Of a DNA stretch of 64,000 nt, positions 62,130 to 64,000 are shown one piece after another. Each line of letters opens with the position of its first letter. The first letter of the stretch is position 1. The DNA comes from Moorena sp. SIOASIH. Lineage in GTDB: Bacteria; Cyanobacteriota; Cyanobacteriia; Cyanobacteriales; Coleofasciculaceae. The position numbers and the translations under genes are program-made. The stretch lies in contig NZ_JAAHIH010000001.1 in NCBI RefSeq assembly GCF_010671925.1, positions 805,053 to 869,052 of the forward strand, read 5' to 3'. The notes under the pieces were generated by a model. That model had not been told where the DNA came from. It saw only the letters and a list, made by a program, of their open reading frames with translations, and searched no databases.

Positions 62130-62570
62130 GTCAGCGCTCAGCGCTCAGCGGTCAGCCGTTGGCCTTTGGCACATCAAGTAGCGTGCGCCGTTCGCGTAGC
62201 GTGCGCCCATGGGCAATGCGCATAAGCTGAATGCTTAAGTTTAGCAATAACCGAAGGGTTGGATGCTTGCAGGCAAAAGAGTGTTTGTTATTTGTCAATG
62301 TTTCTTTTTTGGTCGCCCCTTTAGGGCAAAATGGCAAATAGCCCAAGAATTTTTATGGTACAAAAAAGGTAAGCATATGCGCTACGCGCAGGCTACGCCA
62401 ACAGCTATCAGCGTGTCGCGTATCAGCTATCAGTTATCAGTTATCAGTTATCAGCGTGTCGCGTATCAGCTATCAGCCAAAGGTCTTTGGCCACGGTACT
62501 TGAGGTGCTTTTGAATAAAATAAGCTGACGGCTGACGGCTGACAGCTGAATGCTTACAAAAAAAGTATGG
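62130..62570. repeat. Cluster of MITE-like terminal-repeat fragments and heptamer arrays: (CAGCGCT), an (AGCTATC/AGTTATC) palindromic array, and a GTAAGCATATGCGCTACGCGCAGGCTACGCC ... GCTGAATGCTTAC element at 62375-62568.
   Basis: Read directly. Same terminal-repeat family as 34294-34519. Confidence 0.55.
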
Positions 62571-62794
62571 GAAGTGAATAGGCTTACCCAAAATTTTTGA
62601 GGATTAATTAATTGTAAGCGTGTTGATAGCGCTTCTCCAATCAGTGAAACACCAATCAGTTGTAGGGGCGCAAATCTTGCGACCGAAAGGTTTGCGCGCA
62701 ATTAGTTGTGGTCGGCAGGGGGACTTCTGATGCTTGCGGAGCTGGAGAGAAGTACCTAGATTACTATCCTGATATCAAGAGAGGTAAAAAAATA

Positions 62795-63763
62795 ATGCCC
62801 AAGTCTTCTCCCCTAGTCAGTATTGGCATGCATGTTTATAATGGTGCGAATTTTATTAAAGATGCTATAGAGGGAATTTTATCTCAGACATTTGAGGATT
62901 TTGAACTAATCATCTCAAATAATGCATCCACGGATAACACTGAGGAAATTTGTCGGGCATACGCTGCTCAAGACCAGCGGATCCATTACTACCGGAATCA
63001 AAAAAATCTTGGTGGTGCCTACAATTACAATCGTGTTTTTGAATTGTCTAGAGGTGAGTATTTTAAGTGGGCAGCTCATGATGATGCTTGTGCACCAGAC
63101 TATCTAGAGCGCTGCATTGAGGTGCTTAATCGGATGCCTTCAGTGGTTTTATGTTATCCTCGGACACTTATCATTGATACACAAGCAAAACCGATCAATC
63201 AGAATTATTCTGATGACCTGAATCTTAATTCCCCAAAACCCGATGAACGCTATCAACGCTTTCTTGATGTTTTATTTCATATTCCTGGTGGACGGGATAA
63301 AATTAGCCCAATTTTTGGATTGATTCGGAAGAGTACTCTGAGTCAGACACCACTAATCGGATCTTACTTTGGTTCGGATTTAGTTCTGATCGGAGAGTTG
63401 GCTCTATTAGGTCAATTTTATGAAGTTCCTGAGTATCTTTTCTGGCGCAGATTTCATAATAAAAGGGCTATGGAAGCCAATCCTACTAATAGTAAACGAA
63501 CAGCTTGGTATGACCCAGCTAAGATAGACAAGATTGTTTTCCCAGTATGGCGGCTTTTCCTAGAGTTTATCGCTTCTATTAATCGGGTTAAACTGAGCTG
63601 GGATGAAAGACTATATTGCTACATACAAATGACAAAATGGTTGTTATTATGGGGCTGGCTCAGGATGGCAAAAAATTTGATATTAGCAACTGCACAAGCT
63701 CTGAATATCACTGATAAAGACTTTTTAAGAAAATTTTTTTTAACCAATAAAATTAGTGTATAG
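62795..63763 (+). CDS. Family 2 glycosyltransferase, a paralogue of 61255-62127. The track ORF starts at 62708; the likely start is the ATG at 62795.
   Basis: VSIGMHVYNGANFIKDAIEGILSQTFEDFELIISNNASTD...YFKWAAHDDACAP is about 55% identical to the upstream GT2. Confidence 0.8.
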   Translation: MPKSSPLVSIGMHVYNGANFIKDAIEGILSQTFEDFELIISNNASTDNTEEICRAYAAQDQRIHYYRNQKNLGGAYNYNRVFELSRGEYFKWAAHDDACAPDYLERCIEVLNRMPSVVLCYPRTLIIDTQAKPINQNYSDDLNLNSPKPDERYQRFLDVLFHIPGGRDKISPIFGLIRKSTLSQTPLIGSYFGSDLVLIGELALLGQFYEVPEYLFWRRFHNKRAMEANPTNSKRTAWYDPAKIDKIVFPVWRLFLEFIASINRVKLSWDERLYCYIQMTKWLLLWGWLRMAKNLILATAQALNITDKDFLRKFFLTNKISV

Positions 63764-63794
63764 CAGTTATCAATTGGCTGAGGTACCTTGTCCT

Positions 63795-63860
63795 GGGTTT
63801 TAGGGAGTAGGGAGTAGGGAGTAGGGAGTAGGGAGTAGAGAGTAGGGAGTAGGGAGTAGC
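63795..63860. repeat. (GGGAGTA)x9 heptamer array; a (AACCTTA)-type array follows at 63940-64000.
   Basis: Read directly. Confidence 0.9.
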
Positions 63861-64000
63861 GGTAATAAAATTGAATGTACTTCATAAGTAAGTATGATAA
63901 ACGGTATATTTACCCTTATTATCCCTTTCTAAGGGAGGCGGTTAACTTTTAAACTTAAACCTTCAACCTTAAACCTTAAACCTTCAACTTTAAAAATTAA

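Overview
The window reads as a piece of a filamentous cyanobacterial chromosome. GCGATCGC (HIP1) palindromes are frequent, and nearly every intergenic region carries tandem heptanucleotide (STRR-like) arrays such as GGGAGTA/TACTCCC, GGGAGCA, CTGTTCC, AGCTATC and GGTAATC. Gene order across the window is as follows. (i) A 5'-truncated SLC12-family transporter is followed by a CheY-like response regulator, uvrB and a 1348-aa secreted TPS(haemagglutinin)-TPR-CHAT protein. (ii) A ~21 kb signal-transduction island runs from 10.9 to 32 kb and holds five paralogous histidine kinases (four REC-containing hybrids and one CHASE kinase that lacks REC). They share one transmitter family and a conserved ~65-aa C-terminal tail that I do not recognise. 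Their N-terminal sensors all differ: multi-TM, CHASE, a four-helix bundle, Cache-like plus an adjacent PstS-like lipoprotein, and Cache-like plus 2xPAS. The island ends with a REC-HK / REC / REC-PAS-HK trio. (iii) A zinc-ribbon protein, a lactate-permease-like transporter, cysE, a CADD-like haem-oxygenase-fold diiron protein, thiC with a clear TPP riboswitch, and ftsH follow. (iv) A Bacillus-type methionine-salvage cluster (mtnD, a RuBisCO-like mtnW, mtnX, mtnB) has been invaded by two diverged copies of a group II intron in opposite orientation flanking mtnX. mtnX carries an in-frame TAG, and the second intron's reverse transcriptase is frameshifted. The second intron ends 64 nt upstream of a complete IscB (OMEGA RuvC-HNH nuclease), which places the intron inside the region expected to encode the IscB omega-RNA. 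(v) A CaCA antiporter has an 88-bp tandem duplication over its start, next to a WecB/TagA transferase. (vi) A CDP-sugar cluster follows: rfbF, an SDR epimerase/dehydratase, two TylCIII-like sugar C-methyltransferases, two GT2 paralogues and a GH55-like beta-helix hydrolase. It is interleaved with a family of MITE-like elements that share the terminal repeat GTAAGCATTCAGC. The most interesting calls are the conserved kinase C-terminal tail with sensor-module swapping, and the group-II-intron / IscB / omega-RNA arrangement.
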